This document shows positions 1 through 13,154 of a DNA stretch of 64,000 bases, piece after piece. The notes below the pieces were generated by a model that was not told the DNA's origin, ran no database searches, and saw only the letters and a program-made list of their open reading frames with translations. A program made the translations under genes and the position numbers. Every line of letters begins with the position of its first letter. Positions within the stretch are counted from its first letter, which is position 1. Source of the DNA: Hemiscyllium ocellatum (taxonomy: Eukaryota). Location of the stretch: the NCBI RefSeq assembly GCF_020745735.1, contig NC_083447.1, positions 21,656,755 to 21,720,754 of the forward strand, in the 5' to 3' direction.

Positions 1-3000
1 TAGATTAATTTAGACGACACCTTGTATTGTCTTATGAGCAAAGGCTAAAACATTCACTGCTCCACTCACTGGAGCTCAGAAGAATGAAATGTGGTCTCAG
101 TGAAACATTTAGGAATCTTAGGGGGATTTACAGGCAAAAAGCTAAGAGGGTATTTCCCTCATGGGAAAATCTAGGAACAGAAGACATAGTCTCAGAATAA
201 ATAGATGCTAATTTAAGGCTGAAATAAAGAGGATTTTGTTCTGTCAGAAGATTCTGATTCCTTGGAATTTCTTGACACAGACACCTAAATATTAGGGGCC
301 ACTTAAATATAAGCCTTTGCTTATATTTAAAACTGAGATAGATAGATCCTTGATGAGAAAGAAATCACAGGTTAATTGGAAAAAGACAGCAAGATGGGTT
401 TGAGGATGTTGAATCAAACATGATCCTATTGAATGATGTAGCAGGCTTGTGGGCCCGAAGAGCTTAATATTCCTATTTCTTATTATCTCATAGCCTTAGA
501 ACAATTTGTTTTATGAAGGAATGTAGTTGTTCAGATACAGAAATTATATAAAAAAGAAAGTCCTGCGCAAAAATGTTGTATAGTACTACAGTGAAAAGTA
601 TAATTGAATGCTGGCATTTTTAATTCAATGAAATTGGAAAACAAAACAGAGTATGTTCTGCTTCAGTTGGACAAAACTCTGCACAATTTCCATCAGGTAC
701 ATAACTCCTGGGCAGATTCTCTGGGAAAGAAAATAAATAGATTTTGTAAATGTGGCAAAACTGATTCAAGGGAATGAAATCTTGCCCCAAAGAGATAAAT
801 CATGATGATGAGTTGACCAGTATTGTTTGTCTTACCTTCGGTATGAAGCGTTGATTTATTAACAGAATAGATGTTGAGAGTGCAGAAAGAGGTCATTTGA
901 CGCACTGAATCTGTGCCGACCCTCTGAGGAGCATCAGACCCATGTGCAGCACCTCCACCTTATCCCATGTTGCTGTAGCTAGCCCGTCTAGCCTGCACAT
1001 TGATGGACGTCACACGGCAATTTACCATGGATAATCGACCTAACCTGCACATCTTTCGATTCTGCGAGAAAGCCAGAGGATGTAGTGGAAAAACATTCAG
1101 ATAAAAAGAGTACATGCAAATTCCACACAGAATCATGAGACAAAGCACACAAAAATATTCATGTCTTTAAGCGGTGGTGGCATCAGGAGGTATTCTGTTG
1201 CATGGGAAATGGTGAAAATCTGAAACCATCACCAGGCAAAAAGCTGTGGATAGTTGGGTCATTTTTACAACTCAAGACTGAGAATGATTTAACTGTGTCA
1301 CTAGTTCGAAGTATCTGGACTAGGGGGGTTGGTGGACGAAAAGAAAGTAGAGATCAACCATTTTTTTCAGCAAGTTTATAGGATTAATGGTGTTTTAGAA
1401 ATTTGCGAGTGGAATACAAGAAGTTTGGTTACTTTGAACCTGGTCAGCAAATCCCAGCCATTGAAATCGGTTATAGACCCTAGCACCCTCCCATATTAAG
1501 AAACAAATGAAATTTTAGCGTCTCAGAAGTTATCAATCATTCCATTGTCTCACTTCTCCATTGTTCTTTCTGTAATCATTCTGTTTATTTCGTCATTACT
1601 TTCTTCTTTATTTTCTTTCTTTGTTGTTGCGTTGCTTAGGTGAATTTGTACCATTTTGATTGACACCTGAATATTAGGGGTCACTGCTCCTTAAATGTAG
1701 TGATAACACCAGCATGAATAGGTTAAGTCCATTCAGAAGATGAATGTTCTTTAGAACTATTCTACGGAAGAGTCGTTGAGAATTAATCATAGAGTCACGC
1801 AGTATGATAACAGATTCGACCAAGCAAATCAGACATGCCAATCTGACCTTGTCCAATTTCCCAGCACTTGGTTCATCTCATCTAAACCTCTCCCATTCAA
1901 ATGCCCATCCACGTGCCTTTGAAATGTTGTAATTTTGCCTGTCTTCATACACGCACAGCGCTCTGTGAGAAAAATTTATCCCTCAGTTCTTTTTTAAATC
2001 TCTCGCCTCTCACTTTAAACCTTTGGACTCATCTGCACTAGGGAACAGACATTTGCTATTCACCTAGTCCATGCAGTTAGAACTTAGGGAAAAAGCCCCT
2101 CCCTAATCAGCCACTCCCTACTAACTCATACTTTAGTTAATTCTGTTTTCCTCTCTCTGTGGGAGGTGAGAGACCAGTTGCGTTTCTCCAGCTTGTCCTG
2201 TGTTGTTTCAGATTCCCAACATCGGCAGTACACTACCTTCGTAGAATGAAGGAAGTTGTTGTTGAGAATCCAGAGCAGACTGCACCTGGAAAATGTCTTT
2301 ATATCTTCGGCAGCTTTAAACAGAATTAGACCGGGTTTATGGTGTTAATCACGAAAACGATTTGCACAAACCTAACTGTATTGTCTTGAGTACAGAATAT
2401 TGAACGTGAGCTCAGTTAAAGGCTTTATTTCAGAATTTTAGGCGAGTATTTTTCCAACAGTTATAGCATTTTCTTCACGCTAAGAGCAGAGCAACGTGAT
2501 TTCATTTCATGTTAAGAAGTAGACATTTCAGGAGTGATGTCAAAACTCTCACTGCCTGAAATGACTATGCTAACTGATAATCAGTCAGAAGTTTAGAAAC
2601 AGTGATCTCAACTGGAGGCTGCTGAACAAAATTAAGAAAGGGACCAGTAAACCAATCTAATTGATTGATAGAGCAATCCTAAATAATTGTACAGATTCCC
2701 ATGATTCAATATTATGATTGAATCATGTTCAAGCTACTTTATTTCGGGTTCATATGGCGACATGTGCTGACCATTTGAGAACAGAAATGTTGAAATTCGA
2801 TTTGTGCTTGGTATTTTCATATATTTTATATAATGGATCAAAACTAGCTTGACTCCATTTTCAAGTTCAGAGTACACGTATCGTGAACCCGCTCATATAA
2901 TTCTGTTCCCTTCCTCCACATGACTTTATTGAATCCCTTCCTCCCCATCTATTCAATGCATTGAAGCTGTTCTCCTCAGCTGTGTGATGTGGGTGTATTA

Positions 3001-3635
3001 TAACTTTAAGAGAGTTAAAAGCTAGCAGAACAACCTGACAGTACCAAATGTTCTGAATAAGATATAATGTAACATGTGGTCCAGCTACTGGCATGGGACA
3101 GGTAGCTGGTTGCTTGGAGACAAAAACAGATCCAAAGTAGGCCAATCAGTTTAAATTAGAACCACCAAAAGCATCAAACACCAATCAAATTTGCATTTAG
3201 CATATTGAAAATCTTGAAAGCCAATGACACAATCCAATGTTTTGGGGGAATAAGACCGGGGAAAATTGAACAGTTGGGAGGAGAACTGCCACGCCACCAG
3301 CATGTCGGGACTACCCAGAAGCTCTCTTACAGGTACTTTTATCGATCAGTAATCTGTGAAGCAGAATTCCGTAAGAAGAAAAGAAGGCTGGTTTTGAATT
3401 TGAATTTTAGTCAATAAATCTTTATTGGGAAGATTTTTTTGGACTTGTATTGTAGAAGGGAAAGGTAAAAGATAGTCAAGAGGAAGGAGTTGTAAATAGT
3501 TTGTAAGTTAATTATTCTTTGTTATACTTTAAGAAATAAAGTTGTTACTTTAACTTTAAGCAACCAACTACCTGAGCCATGCACTTGGCCTCTCAAATTT
3601 TCACAGATTACTGCATGGGATAAAGGTTTTCTTCA

Positions 3636-3955
3636 GAGTTAGAACGCCTGCAGTATGGAAACAGGCCCTTCCGCCCTGCAAGTCCACACCGATCATCCAA
3701 AGAGTAACACAGCAAGGCCCATTCCTCTACCATATACTTAACCCTGATTAATGCACCTAACCTACCCATCCCTGACGACTATGGACTATGGACGTGGCTA
3801 ATTCACTTAACCCACACATCGTTGTGATTGTGGGAGGAAGCCCACTCAGTCACGCGGAGAATGTGCAAGTCCCTGCACAGACAGTCACTCAAGGCTGGAA
3901 TCAAACCAAAGTCTCTGGCGCTTTGAGGCAGCAGTACGAACCACTGAGCCACCAT
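3636..3955 (-). mobile_element. tRNA-derived SINE
   Basis: Reverse complement of the 42729 family; a partial copy also lies at ~900-1070. Confidence 0.8.
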
Positions 3956-5050
3956 GCCAGCTTTTTCTATGTTGCTGGTTTAAATTAAGCAGGAGAATTT
4001 ACCCCGATTCGTAACAGATATACATTCTAATCACTCTCTGAGTGAAGACTCTTTACCTGAATTTCCCTTTTGGAATTAGTACTCATAGTTAAAATATTCA
4101 AATACCACGAAAAGATTGCATTTGTCACCTTGTAGTCCTCATCTCCCGAATAAATAATCATGTCTTCTTATAATTAATATTTTCATAATTTCAAAGACTG
4201 AAAAAAATCATAGAACCATATAGTACAGGAGAAGCTCTTTGGTCCATTGAGTCTGTACCACCAAAACAACACTATTCTGCTTAACAGCACTATGCCTATA
4301 CCCTTGAGTATTATGAGATTTCAAGTGAACGTTAGGATTGTTTTAAGGTTGTGTGGCTACTCGCTTCAACTCACCTCCCAGACAATGTATTTAGTTCCCT
4401 ACTACCTCTCGGTGATTGTCTTTCAAGTGCCCTATAAAGTTCAAGCTTTTCACCTTAAAAGTGTGTCCTTTGTATCAATTCTCTGTCTTTGTCCCAAGCA
4501 TTGATTTGCAGATGAGAAGCCAGACTCGAGCAGTCGTCTCTCACAATCCTCATGGAGGACTGGAATTGAAGAGCACCTTGCTAGGCACCAGCGATTCTTA
4601 AATGTCCTTGTACAGGCAAAATCCGATCGGTTCTGCACTCAATCTTTTTACATGTTCGCATTACAAAAAAAAAGGGTCTTGCATGATATGTGTAACACCT
4701 TAGTTTTGACAATCGCTGGCTACTTTTCCCTTTCACCTCCTCCAGTGCTCATCAATGAATTGCACGACGCTATGGCGGCCTATGCTGACCGTCGACCAAA
4801 ACCCTAAGTTTTGTTCCCTTTCGATTTGTTCATATCTATTAATTGTTTTTTTGATTCTATCGTTTTTCTTTCTGTGTTTTGGTATATTAATGTTTTACAC
4901 AGAGGTAAATTCGTCAACTGTTCGAAATCACCCTGGTCTGCTGATTCAATTTTCAAGTATAAAGTGCATTTACCATAACCGCGCCAATATGTCATTCTAT
5001 TCTTTGCAGATTAATTCTTATTGCGAGAAAGTTGTTCTTATACAAGGTAA

Positions 5051-5212
5051 GAGCTGAAAAGTATGTTGCTGGAAAAGCGCAGGAATTCTTCAGGAATTCT
5101 TATGCCCGAAACGTCGATTCTCCTGCTCCTTGGATGCTGCCTGACCTGCTGCGCTTTTCCAACAACACATTTTTCAGCTCTGATCTCTAGCATCTGCAGT
5201 CTTCATTTTCTC
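5051..5212 (+). mobile_element. Short PLE-terminal-repeat-derived element
   Basis: TTATGCCCGAAACGTCGATTCTCC...CAGCATCTGCAG with an inverted remnant at its left end. Same family at 16810-16930, 21305-21435 and 51995-52125. Confidence 0.75.
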
Positions 5213-5286
5213 CTTATACAAGATAATATGGTTGGCCTAGCCCATGCACAGTTTTGTTCAGATGTATTATTTTCTGCAGCCTTTGG

Positions 5287-5325
5287 GGTTTTTGTTGAGC
5301 TGCTTTCTCTTTCCGAATCACTGAA
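5287..5325 (-). other. 23-RSS of V1 with damaged heptamer
   Basis: TTCAGTG + 23-nt spacer ATTCGGAAAGAGAAAGCAGCTCA + ACAAAAACC. Confidence 0.85.
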
Positions 5326-5804
5326 TACTTCGGGCACCGTAATATACGGCCGAGTGATTCACCCACAGGCAGGAGGTCTTCAGGTAGAACTCGGAGTTAG
5401 TCGGTCGCTTGGCGGTGAAACCGTCAACCTCTCTCTTCGTATTCACAGAACCATTTAGCATGGAGTAAAACATCATTTGTAGCCCTCTCCCGGGGTGTTG
5501 TCTGTAGCAGTACATGCCAGGATTGATGATACCCCCCGACATAGTGCACTTCAGTTCCACTCTTTCCCGAAGATCGTTGGAGACGGCTGCTGGAATCTGG
5601 CGAATAGTCTGCGGATCGACACCTGCACAGAGAGGAAACTGGTCAATTTGATCATTCGGATCACTGAGAAAAGGGGAGTGATGGAGATAGAAATAATTAA
5701 AGAAACATGAAAAGAAATGGAAAGAAGTGATGAAAAACAGCAGTTGTCTTTTTAAAAACTTGCTTACTGTGAAGGATGGTCAGTAGACCTAGTAACAGAT
5801 ACAT
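5326..5804 (-). pseudogene. TRBV: V1: TCR (beta-like) V segment, open frame but probably non-functional; leader exon 5768-5804, V exon 5326-5622
   Basis: Leader MYLLLGLLTILH, GT donor and AG acceptor intact. V exon reads ...VELKCTMSGGIINPGMYCYRQ...NHSAVYYGARSI, so conserved Trp41 is Cys and Cys104 is Gly. The heptamer is TTCAGTG. Confidence 0.88.
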
Positions 5805-6469
5805 CTTTTATTTACAATTTCCTTTTAGTAAGTGAAGTGTTCGAGGAGTGCTTAGCCTTCTGATGAGCCAACCTGCTGTTCTGAAATCAAATAGCAAAAG
5901 CCCAAGATTTTAAGAGTATGGACACGCCCCTAGTCGTCCTACCCTATCAGAATATGTGCACATATTAAGCTGCATTCCTGTTTGGCTGTTGTTAAGGAAA
6001 ACTCGAATAACCATATCTGCATTCCCAATTACACACAGAATTCCTGGAAAGTCTTATCTGGATGATTTCCCAAAGTTTTGTGCGAAAGCTTCGAAGAACT
6101 GAAAGGATCTTATCCTGATCCAGTCTAAGAAATGCGAATGGTTTGACTGCATCCTCCTCTCACCCTGTTCTGTTTAACGTAGCTCAGTGGGCAAACTCTT
6201 CCTTCTCCTCTCTTCCTGACGAAAAGCTATCTGGACTCGAAACGTTAGCTATCCCTCCACGGATGCTGTCTGGCCCGCTGTGATTTCCAATATTTTTTGT
6301 CTTCAGCACATAAACCCACATGCTGTTATCTTCATCTCCTTCTATTTTCTATTCTCTCCTTCATTGCTTTGCTATTTTGCAGATTATTTCTGTCCTTCCT
6401 TCTTGCTTAATCAGTTTCTTTCGTCCATCGATCACGAACGCACAATTATTTTGTAGGTTCTCTAACTTT

Positions 6470-8570
6470 GCCACTCTATACCTAAGTCTTTCAATTCACT
6501 CCGTTGGCCACGCTAGCATTTATTGCCCATCCCTAATTAATCCATAGCATGTGCCAGCCGTTTTTGAACCAAGTGGAGACGGTGCTAGAAAGCAAAATTT
6601 GCAGAATTTAGACCAAGTGCCTGCAAATACCCCTGACATATTTCCAAGTCAGGATGGTGCATGATGTGGATCGGCATTTGCAGTTGGTAATGTTTCAAAG
6701 CATCAGTTGTCCTTCCAGACGGCAGTAGTTGTGTGTTTGCTTTGGTGAGTTATAACTTTGCATCTTTTGAGTGGTGCTCACTGCCAGTTGGTGAAAAAAG
6801 AGAGTGAACGTGAAAGGTTGTAGGCATCAAATGGGATTGCTTTGGTCTGGATGGTGTCGATCTTCTTGAGCGTTATTGGAATGCACCCATCCTGGCAAGT
6901 AGTGTGTATTCCTGACTCGTGCCTTATACATGGATGGGGGGCTGGGGAAACATGGAGTGAATTGTTCTCAGCAAACTTCCACACGTCTAACCTACTGTTG
7001 ATACCACATAATTTATATGAATAATCTAATTTAATTTCTGGCCAGTTAAGGCCTGTTGTTAGCGGCTGATTCAGAGATGGCAATGTCTTTGAACATCAGA
7101 CAGCGTTAGTTGGGTCCTCTGTTATTTGAGGTGATTATTATCTGGTATTTGTGTGATGGGAATGTTAATTGCCACTTGTCAGCCCAACTTAATGTTTTCC
7201 CAAACTTTCTGCACATAGAGAATAACTGCTTCGATTTCTGAGGAGTCATTAAACTGCTGAAGAATGTGTAATCATCACCGAATGACATAACTTCTTACCT
7301 GATGTTGGAGGGAAGGTCGTTGATGAAGAAGTTGAAGATGGTAGGGCTCAGGATGTGACACTGACTAACTCCTGCAGAGATGTCCTGCAGTTGAAATGAT
7401 TGGCCTCCAACTACCACCACAGTCTTCTTTTGTGCCAGCTAGGACGGCCAACAGTGGGGAGTTTCGTTTTAGTTCACATTAATTATATTTTTTCTCAAGA
7501 TTAATTAGTGTCACACTCAGTCAAAGCTTTGGTGTCAAGGCAGTTGCTCTTACTTCACCTCTGGAATTCATCTCTGTTTGCCATGTTTAAATCAAATTTG
7601 TAGTGAGTTCAGGATCTGAGTGTCTCTGGTGGAATTCGAAGTGGATGTTAGTATGAAGGTTATTTCCAAACGACCGTTGCTTATGATCACACCCAACACT
7701 TTACTGATGATTGAGTGTAGACTGGTAGGGCAGTAGTTGGCTGTGTTTTAATTTTCTTGTTCTGTGCATACAGGATAGCTTTCTACATTGTCAGGTAAAT
7801 GCCAGTGCTTCAGCTGTATAGATACAACTTGGTCTAGGAGTGCAGCTAGTTCAGGAACACATGTCGTCACTGTTATTGCCAAGTGTTGTCAGAACAATTT
7901 ACTTTCAAGTATTCAGGTTCTTTTCAGCATCCAGGTCCTCCGGTTATTTTTTGTAATTGCGTGGTGTGAATACAGTTGGTTGAAGCCTGGCATTTGTAAC
8001 TAATCTCATGAATAGGTCAAGATGGATCATCTTATCTTTTGCACTGGTGGCATTATCATCACAAAAATCCCCATCCCTTGTTATTGAAGGTGGGGATAGT
8101 TGCCAAGCCTCATCCAGTGAGTTGTTAAGTTTTCCATCATGATTCAATACTAGATACAACAGTATCTCCGAGCCTAGATTGGTTGTGGAATTGCTTAGCT
8201 CTGTTAATCACGTCCTGTTTATGCTATTTGATATGTAAATAGTCCTGCATTGTTAGTTGACCCGATTGCTCAAAGGTGCGCCTGGCATGCTCTCCTGTAC
8301 CCTTCATTCAGTCAGGATTGATGCCCTGTCTTCATGGAAATGGTAGAATGGGAGATACACTCGGTCCTGAGTTTGCAGATCATGCTTGAGTTCAATTCTA
8401 CTAATGCTGCCAGCCTACAGAGAGTCTGGAATACTCGGTTTTGAATTTCAAGATCTATTTTATTTCAGAGGTTCACAGTACCACACCTATAATGGAAAGT
8501 ATCTCAATATGAAGGCACAACTTCATCTCCACTAGAACTATTGGAGGCCAATGTTGCAAACATTATCATA
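6470..8570 (-). mobile_element. Degenerate CR1-clade LINE
   Basis: RT C-terminal remnant (PITLKKIDTIQTKA) in minus ORF 6778-7083, plus further fragments. Confidence 0.7.
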
Positions 8571-9756
8571 GACTGATGCATCTGAAGGAGTGACATTCAT
8601 TAGAACGTCAAGTAAGTTTCTTTTTTTACCTCATGTTGGCTCACAACCTACCACAGACCATTCTAACACCGTTTCTGACTTGATCAGTTCATTCAGCAGT
8701 GTTGATGCTCCGTGCCTTTTTGTGACTCCACCAGAAGACAACCTGTGAAACCAGTTTCCTCAATCCTTGTTGAACATTGAGCAATCACCAAATGCATATA
8801 AAGATTCACAGAACAGATCAGGTAAGCACTACAGCTGTGTTCCTAAAAGAGAATTTGTGACCCACTCAATTAGTTAGTAAGGAAGTCAAATGAAATGTAG
8901 GTCTTCATTTCAAAGGGAATGGAGAATGATGAAGGGAGGTATTGCTAAAATTATACAAGGCGCTTGTCATCTACTCTGTGAAGAGTTTGAGTCCTTTTTC
9001 TAAGGAAAGACAAACTGGCATTAGAGGCTGTCCAGAGTAGGGTCACTAGGCAGATACCAGATATGGAAGCACTGTACTATAATGAAAGGTCGAGTGAGTT
9101 GTTGCAGTTGTTGGGAAATTAGAATAATGAGAGTTAACTTATTTGACAAATGCAAGATTCTTATTTGGCAGGCCAAGTGTGGGAAGGTTGATTCTCCTCG
9201 TGCTAAGATCTAGGTCATAATCTCCAAATATTCACACACTCAGACATAGGTGAGGAGAAATGAATCTCTCAGAGGTTAGTATAGCTTGGGAATTATTTAC
9301 CACAGAGGACTATTGAAGTTGAGTCGTTACGTATACGTAAGGCTGAGATACACCATATTTCATTGTGGGGATCAATAATTATGAGAGAAGGCGGGACAGT
9401 GGGCTTCAGGTTTATCAAATAAGCCGTTATCTTATTGAATGGTGGAGAAGATTGGATGAGCTGAATGATTACTTCTGTTCCGCGATCTTCTGGTCTTAGA
9501 GAAATGAGACAATGATGCGTAATGGCTTTGTATATGTTCAATTCCACTTGTTTTAAATACAAATTCTAATGCAGTGATCCCCTCAAAATTCCACTAAGCC
9601 CATGCCTTCCTTTTCCAACTTTATAATTTCTGGTTCTGTGTTTATGTGCAGCTGGGCCTTTACCCAACGCAATCCATTCCCTTATTTCTTCTCTCAGCAT
9701 TCCCTGTGAACAGATATATGGTATTTTAATTCAGTAGATGTTTCTGCCACCTTTGA

Positions 9757-9794
9757 GGTTGTTGTTGAACTGCTCACATCTGTCTCTTACTGTG
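9757..9794 (-). other. Degenerate RSS of V2
   Basis: CACAGTA + 22-nt spacer + ACAACAACC. Confidence 0.75.
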
Positions 9795-10083
9795 AACACT
9801 CAAAACACAATAATTCATGGCTAAATGATTCACCTGTAGGTTGGCAGTCTTCAACTCGAACTTGGAGCCTATTGGTCCTTTAGCAGTGAAACCATCCACT
9901 GACTCCCTAGATTCACATGATATGCAGCACCAGAGTGAAGCATGATGTGCAGCTCCATTCTTGGGGATTGTCCATACAATTGCATACCAAAAGTATCACT
10001 CCTTTCAACAGTGTACAGTCCACTCTGTACTCAGGACATTTGGAGATGGCAAAGGCAAATTGGTGGGGACTGTGACCTCATAG
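9795..10083 (-). pseudogene. TRBV: V2: degenerate TCR V pseudogene, not recognisable in the ORF track
   Basis: Minus strand reads, across frameshifts, MRSQ..HQ..AISK...CT...YGQSPRMELHIMLHSGAAYHVNL.SVDGFTAKGPIGSKFELKTANLQVNHLAMNYCVLSV, then CACAGTA. The acceptor is mutated AG->GG. A purine-rich intron-like tract lies at 10085-10200. The leader is not confidently found. Confidence 0.85.
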
Positions 10084-11079
10084 CCGAAGAAACGGCAGGG
10101 AAAGGAAGATGTGCGAAAATGGGGACATAACTAACTGTGGAGAAGGAAGAAAGAAAGGATAGAAAAAAATAAGTTAAGAGAAATAGAAATCGGACAAAAA
10201 CTGAGCGGGAGGAACGAATCCTGTGCAAACGAATGTGAGGCGTCGAACAGAGAATTTGAGAATTTAGGACTTTATTGTCACACTAACTAAAACGAGTACA
10301 ATGAAGAGTTTACAAGTCACCGCTTTCAGCGCCATCTTAGTTACCAAGGCTCTTTGGTGCAGATTCTGAAGTACACATTCTGAGGCGAAAATAAAGCAAC
10401 AATTCTAAAATATTTGTAACATAGAGAAATGAGAGCTCAGAAAAAGAACTGTTTTTTGAATAAATAAGCTTACGGTGAAACATAATGGACACAGCTCTTA
10501 CTGCACAGAAAATCATTACTGTTGGTAAAATAAACAGAAAAGATACGAACCGCCTACCTCTTCTTTTTGATCGGCAGTCCAGTTTCTCCCCACTCAGATG
10601 ATAGCCGTGCCCTGCTCCATTACCCGCACCGTCCGTCACTCTCTGACTGAATATCAGGAGCAAGAAGTTTCAAAGGCAATTGCAGAGATTGTTCTTGAGT
10701 CTATATACACTGGAGATGCTCCTGATTGCAACTATATCATATGTCGCCTCCGGGGGTGTTTAGTATAATTTCACGCCCACCACCAACACCACCATCACCA
10801 TCGCACCTCCACTGCCGCACTCCCACCCCCACAACCAACCACCCACTTCAGATCGTTCTTTCTGATCTTTAAAAGAGACTGGGCTTTTTATCATCATTCA
10901 CAACAATTTTAAAACAAAACATTTGATTCGTGCTGCGAATCATTAACCAGCTTCGTTTTAAAAGATTTATTTTAAGGATAATGGGGAGAAGAAGATTCGT
11001 AAGTTATAACAGGTATCGTGACATGTCCGTTTGGATTCAGATTTGGCTTACCCGTAAAAGATAGAAATTAATGGTGGAG

Positions 11080-12030
11080 AGGTGGTTTTTTTCTGGCTGG
11101 AAGTCTGTGACTTGTGGTATTCCGCAGGGATCCGTACTGGGGCTTATGCTGTTTATGATTTGTGTGAATGACTTGGACGAAAACATGGACGGGTGGGTTA
11201 GTTAGTTTGCAAACGACACTAAGATCGCAGAAGTTGTGGGTAGTGTAGAAGTTTGTCAACGAATACAACGAAATATGGATTAGTTGCAGATATAGGCGGA
11301 GTAATGGCAGATAGAGTTTAATCCGCGCAAGTGTGCACTTCAGGACATCAAGTATTAAGGGGAATGATATAGTTATGACAGGGCCCTTAACAGTATTGAT
11401 GTACAGAGGGACTATAACTGTCCCTGAAAGTGGCCACACAAGTAGAGTGGCAAAGCAATTATATGACATGCTTACCTGTTTTGGTCGGTGAATTGAGCAC
11501 CAAAGTCAGGAAGTCATGTTATAGCTTTATAAAAGTTTGGTCAGGCTGCACTTTGTGTATTGTCTTCAATTCTGGTGGCCACGTTACAGGAAGAATGGAA
11601 TCTTTGTAGAGAGTGCGGAAAGAGGTTTACCAGGAGTCTGCCTGGATTAGAGGCTATGACCTAAAACGAGAGGCTGGATAAACTAAGGTTGTTTTTTTCT
11701 GGAATGGTGGATGCTGAGAGGTGATCTAATAGAAGCTTATAAAATTATGAGATGCATGGATAGGGGTGACAGAAACTTTGTTCTCCAGAGTTGAAATCTC
11801 TAATACCAGAGGGCATGCAGTTAAAGCGAGAGAGGGAAAGTTCAAAGGAGACGTGAGGGCCAAGTTTTTTTTTACAGAAAGATTGATAGGTACATGGAAC
11901 GCACTGCCAGGGGCAGCGATAAGTGCATCGAATGGTAAACAATTAATAACTTGATATGGACCACGGGCAGGCAGAAGGGATTAGTTTGATTTGGCACAAC
12001 ATCTTGGGCCGAACGGCTTGCTCCAGTACT
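11080..12030 (+). mobile_element. CR1 LINE 3' fragment (paralog ~43110-44070)
   Basis: QGSVLG...FANDTKI...; FFFTERLIGTWNALP; typical CR1 tail. Confidence 0.85.
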
Positions 12031-12707
12031 GTACTGTTCTATGTTTTGTGCACCAGAAGGGAATGAGGAACAAGGAGCCGAGAGGTTGGATGCGGGCGGC
12101 TGAGAGTATAGGGAGCTGTGTCTGGAACATGGGGGAACAATCACCAACTCTAAACCAGGCTCATTGGGTATTACTGAAGACATATGTCGGAGTGTGGTGG
12201 TGATGCTTGTAGGTTTCAACAAACAACATTGGATTAGTAGATTTTTGCTGTACTCGTACATCCAGATATAGCGTCAAAAGGCGAATTAGTGAAGCTAAGA
12301 AAACAATAATTTACGATGACCCCTGGTCGAAGGGAATGACTGAACAGTATCAAGGTCCTTCTCAGACGCTAATGGCTGAATAGTCTGCTCGTAATCCTGT
12401 GTAATAGCCGCAACGATGGCTTCAATGGAGGGTGAAATAAATGCTGTCCTGGCCAGAATCGTCCACGTCGCAAATACGCATAAAAGAAATCTTGCTTCTC
12501 CTGGCAACCTTCAAAGGTTTCTTCCAGCTCCTAAACAACAAATTCAAGGGAAGTAATCGGCTTTCTTTCTCTCCTTATCTTATCACTTGACTGGGATTTA
12601 CTCTGGATCCGTGAGGAGAAAGTGAGGTCTGCAGATGCTGGAGATCAGAGCTGAAAATGTGTTGCTGGAAAAACGCAGCAGGTCAGGCAGCATCCAAGGA
12701 ACAGGAG

Positions 12708-12743
12708 ATTCGACGTTTCGGGCATAAGCCCTTCTTCAGGAAC
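12708..12743 (-). ncRNA. Intact-looking minimal hammerhead ribozyme motif
   Basis: GTTC CTGAAGA A GGGC ttat GCCC GAAAC GTC GAAT: full core, 4-bp stem II, 4-bp stem I (one G-U). Confidence 0.78.
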
Positions 12744-12991
12744 GCGCTGCCAGGGGTAGCGATAATTGCATCGAATGGACTTTTAGATAAGCACATGCGT
12801 AAACAAGGAATAATTTGATGTCGACCACGGGCAGGCAGAAGTGATTAATTTGATTTGGCACAACATCTTGGGCCGAATGGCTTGCTCCAATACTGTACTG
12901 TTCTATGTTTTGTGCACCAGAGGGGAATGAGGAACAAGGAGCCGAGAGGTTGGATGCGGGCGGCTGAGAGTATAGGGAGCTGTGTCCCCTT

Positions 12992-13023
12992 CTGAAGAAG
13001 GGCTTATGCCCGAAACGTCGAAT
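12992..13023 (+). ncRNA. Hammerhead core with truncated stem I
   Basis: CTGAAGA A GGGC ttat GCCC GAAAC GTC GAAT. Confidence 0.7.
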
Positions 13024-13138
13024 CTCCTGTTCCTTGGATGCTGCCTGACCTGCTGCGCTTTTCCAGCAACAATTTTCAGCTCTGGATCAGTGTTCCACTT
13101 TCACGACGTGCTCTGCACTGGTCTTTTCCGTGATCTTC

Positions 13139-13154
13139 CAGCGCCACCTGCTGT
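13139..13154 (-). promoter_or_regulatory. CTCF-like motif downstream of V3 RSS
   Basis: Minus strand ACAGCAGGTGGCGCTG, close to the CTCF core CCASYAGRKGGCRS; 228 bp past the nonamer. Confidence 0.65.

Larger units (their letters stand above)
12610..13079. mobile_element. Composite PLE-derived insertion: inverted terminal-repeat arms flanking captured local DNA
   Basis: Left arm 12610-12741 (minus), right arm 12987-13079 (plus); 12738-12986 copies 11896-12122. CTCTGGATC repeated at 12601-12609 and 13080-13088. Absent at the paralogous site in copy B (~44625). Confidence 0.85.

Noticed and set aside
10555-10660. CpG-rich stretch ending in a GT donor-like site, considered as a J segment
   Set aside because: No FGxG motif in any frame and no upstream 12-RSS.
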